A stretch of 64,000 nt of DNA. Origin: Capsulimonadaceae bacterium (GTDB taxonomy: Bacteria; Armatimonadota; Armatimonadia; Armatimonadales; Capsulimonadaceae). A program made the position numbers and the translations under genes. Where the stretch lies: positions 704,001-768,000 of the forward strand of contig OZ244065.1 of assembly GCA_965215505.1 (NCBI GenBank). The letters run 5' to 3'. Below are positions 63,112 through 64,000 of the stretch, in pieces. Within the stretch, counting starts at the first letter, position 1. Each line of letters starts with the position of its first letter. The notes beneath the pieces were generated by a model. The model did not search any database and was not told where the DNA came from. It saw only the letters and a list, made by a program, of their open reading frames with translations.

Positions 63112-63873
63112 TCACCCGCGCCCCAGCCGCGCCGCGTCTTCATACCGCACCAGGGAGCCGCCGAAAATGTCCAAGGCACTGCCGATGGTCAGGTCCACCC
63201 TGCCGCCGGAAAGCTGCTCGACGCGGGCGATGTCTTGCAGGCGGCGCGCGCCGCCGGCGTAGGTGGTCGGCAGTGTCACCCATTCCCCCAGTAGACCCAC
63301 CAACTCCCCGTCAATCCCCTCGCACTTGCCTTCCACATCAGCGGCGTGGATGAGGAGTTCAGCGCACGACGCCTCAAACAATGCGAATGTCTCGGCGTTC
63401 AGACGGGTGGCAGTGAGCGTATGCCAGCGGTCGGTGGCGACGTGATATGTGCCCTCGGGCGTGCGGCGGCAGGAGAGGTCCACGACGAGGCGGGGGCTGC
63501 CTACGGCTTGGGTCACGGCGCGCAGGCGTTCGGGGGAGAAGACGCCGTCAGGAAAGAGATAAGAGGTAACGATGACGTGGCTCGCGCCAGCGTCCAGCCA
63601 GCCGGGCGCGTTTTCGGGTGTGACGCCGCCGCCGATCTGGAGGCCGCCGGGGTAGGCGGCCAGCGCGGAACGGGCGGCGTCTTCGCTGCCAGGCCCCAGC
63701 ATGATGACGTGGCCGCCGCGCAGGCCGTCGCGGCGGTAGAGGGCGGCGAAATCGGAGGCGGAGCGGTCGGAGACGTGGTTTGTGATCGTCTGGTCGCCGT
63801 CGTCGGTGAGGGTGCCGCCGACGATCTGGACGACGCGGCCCGCGCGGAGGTCGATGCAGGGGCGGAAGGCCAT
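63112..63873 (-). CDS. hisA: ProFAR isomerase, eukaryote-like (HIS6) subtype
   Basis: FRPCIDL..G.V.QIVGGTL, GGHVIMLG, GASHVIVTS, LVVDLSCR, IHAADVEG.C.GID, DLTIGSALDIFGG. Confidence 0.92.
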   Translation of the reverse strand: MAFRPCIDLRAGRVVQIVGGTLTDDGDQTITNHVSDRSASDFAALYRRDGLRGGHVIMLGPGSEDAARSALAAYPGGLQIGGGVTPENAPGWLDAGASHVIVTSYLFPDGVFSPERLRAVTQAVGSPRLVVDLSCRRTPEGTYHVATDRWHTLTATRLNAETFALFEASCAELLIHAADVEGKCEGIDGELVGLLGEWVTLPTTYAGGARRLQDIARVEQLSGGRVDLTIGSALDIFGGSLVRYEDAARLGRG

Positions 63874-63877
63874 GGGG

Positions 63878-64000
63878 TCAGTCCTTACGCATCAGCAGGG
63901 AGAAGGTGTTGGGGAGTTTGGCGACCATTTCCGGGGGCAGGTTCGGGAACTGCTCCCAATAAGTTTCGGCGTGTTCCTCGATCTTTTCCAGGCGCAGACC
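63878..64000 (-). CDS. C-terminal fragment of a gene running off the window, possibly a SAM-dependent methyltransferase
   Basis: GLRLEKIEEH...LPNTFSLLMRKD*. Confidence 0.5.
   Translation of the reverse strand, partial: GLRLEKIEEHAETYWEQFPNLPPEMVAKLPNTFSLLMRKD

Noticed and set aside
1-64000. tRNA, rRNA, prophage, integrase, retron or DGR
   Set aside because: No cloverleaf or rRNA-like tract, phage gene, integrase or reverse transcriptase was recognised; the 217-bp duplicate lacks the A-specific mismatches of a DGR. This was inspection by eye, so tRNAscan or Infernal would be decisive

Overview
GC-rich bacterial chromosomal window with about 60 protein-coding genes. No rRNA, tRNA or CRISPR array was recognised. 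The gene content suggests a motile diderm soil bacterium, possibly Armatimonadota (inference only): Kdo genes kdsB/waaA, futalosine menaquinone genes mqnB/mqnD, miaA-hfq-dapF, CheD and HDOD proteins. Core genes are leuD, sbcD, waaA, kdsB, dapF, hfq, miaA, a galK-family kinase, mtnP, rnc, an aspartate aminotransferase, a pncB-like gene, spoVR, a PreP-like peptidase, rhaI, aroF, tyrA, mdh, icd, cheD, moeA/mog/moaC, dinB, mqnB, mqnD and hisA. They are interspersed with accessory genes: four Uma2 nucleases, three toxin-antitoxin pairs, and an intact IS3-family element with a 4-bp target duplication that splits a reconstructable 100-aa gene. At least three families of REP/REPIN-like palindromic repeats occur. 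Most notable observations: (1) a possible split bacterial counterpart of plant L-arabinokinase (ARA1-like GT-fold gene, GH51 arabinofuranosidase, and a GHMP kinase lacking the galactose C6-OH-binding Glu); (2) a sigma28-driven c-di-GMP module in which a RedB-like Cys protein is coupled to a membrane-sensor HD-GYP enzyme, with a 217-bp identical tract shared between two HD-GYP paralogues; (3) a putative ART-fold, macrodomain and nicotinate-PRT cluster; (4) a GTAGAC-N4-GTCTAC-like motif over the dinB promoter, a candidate new SOS box; (5) a low-GC cassette of an atypical antitoxin, RelE and a PD-(D/E)XK protein; (6) covarying REPIN-like elements, some of which supply stop codons or C-termini or give rise to tandem repeats.
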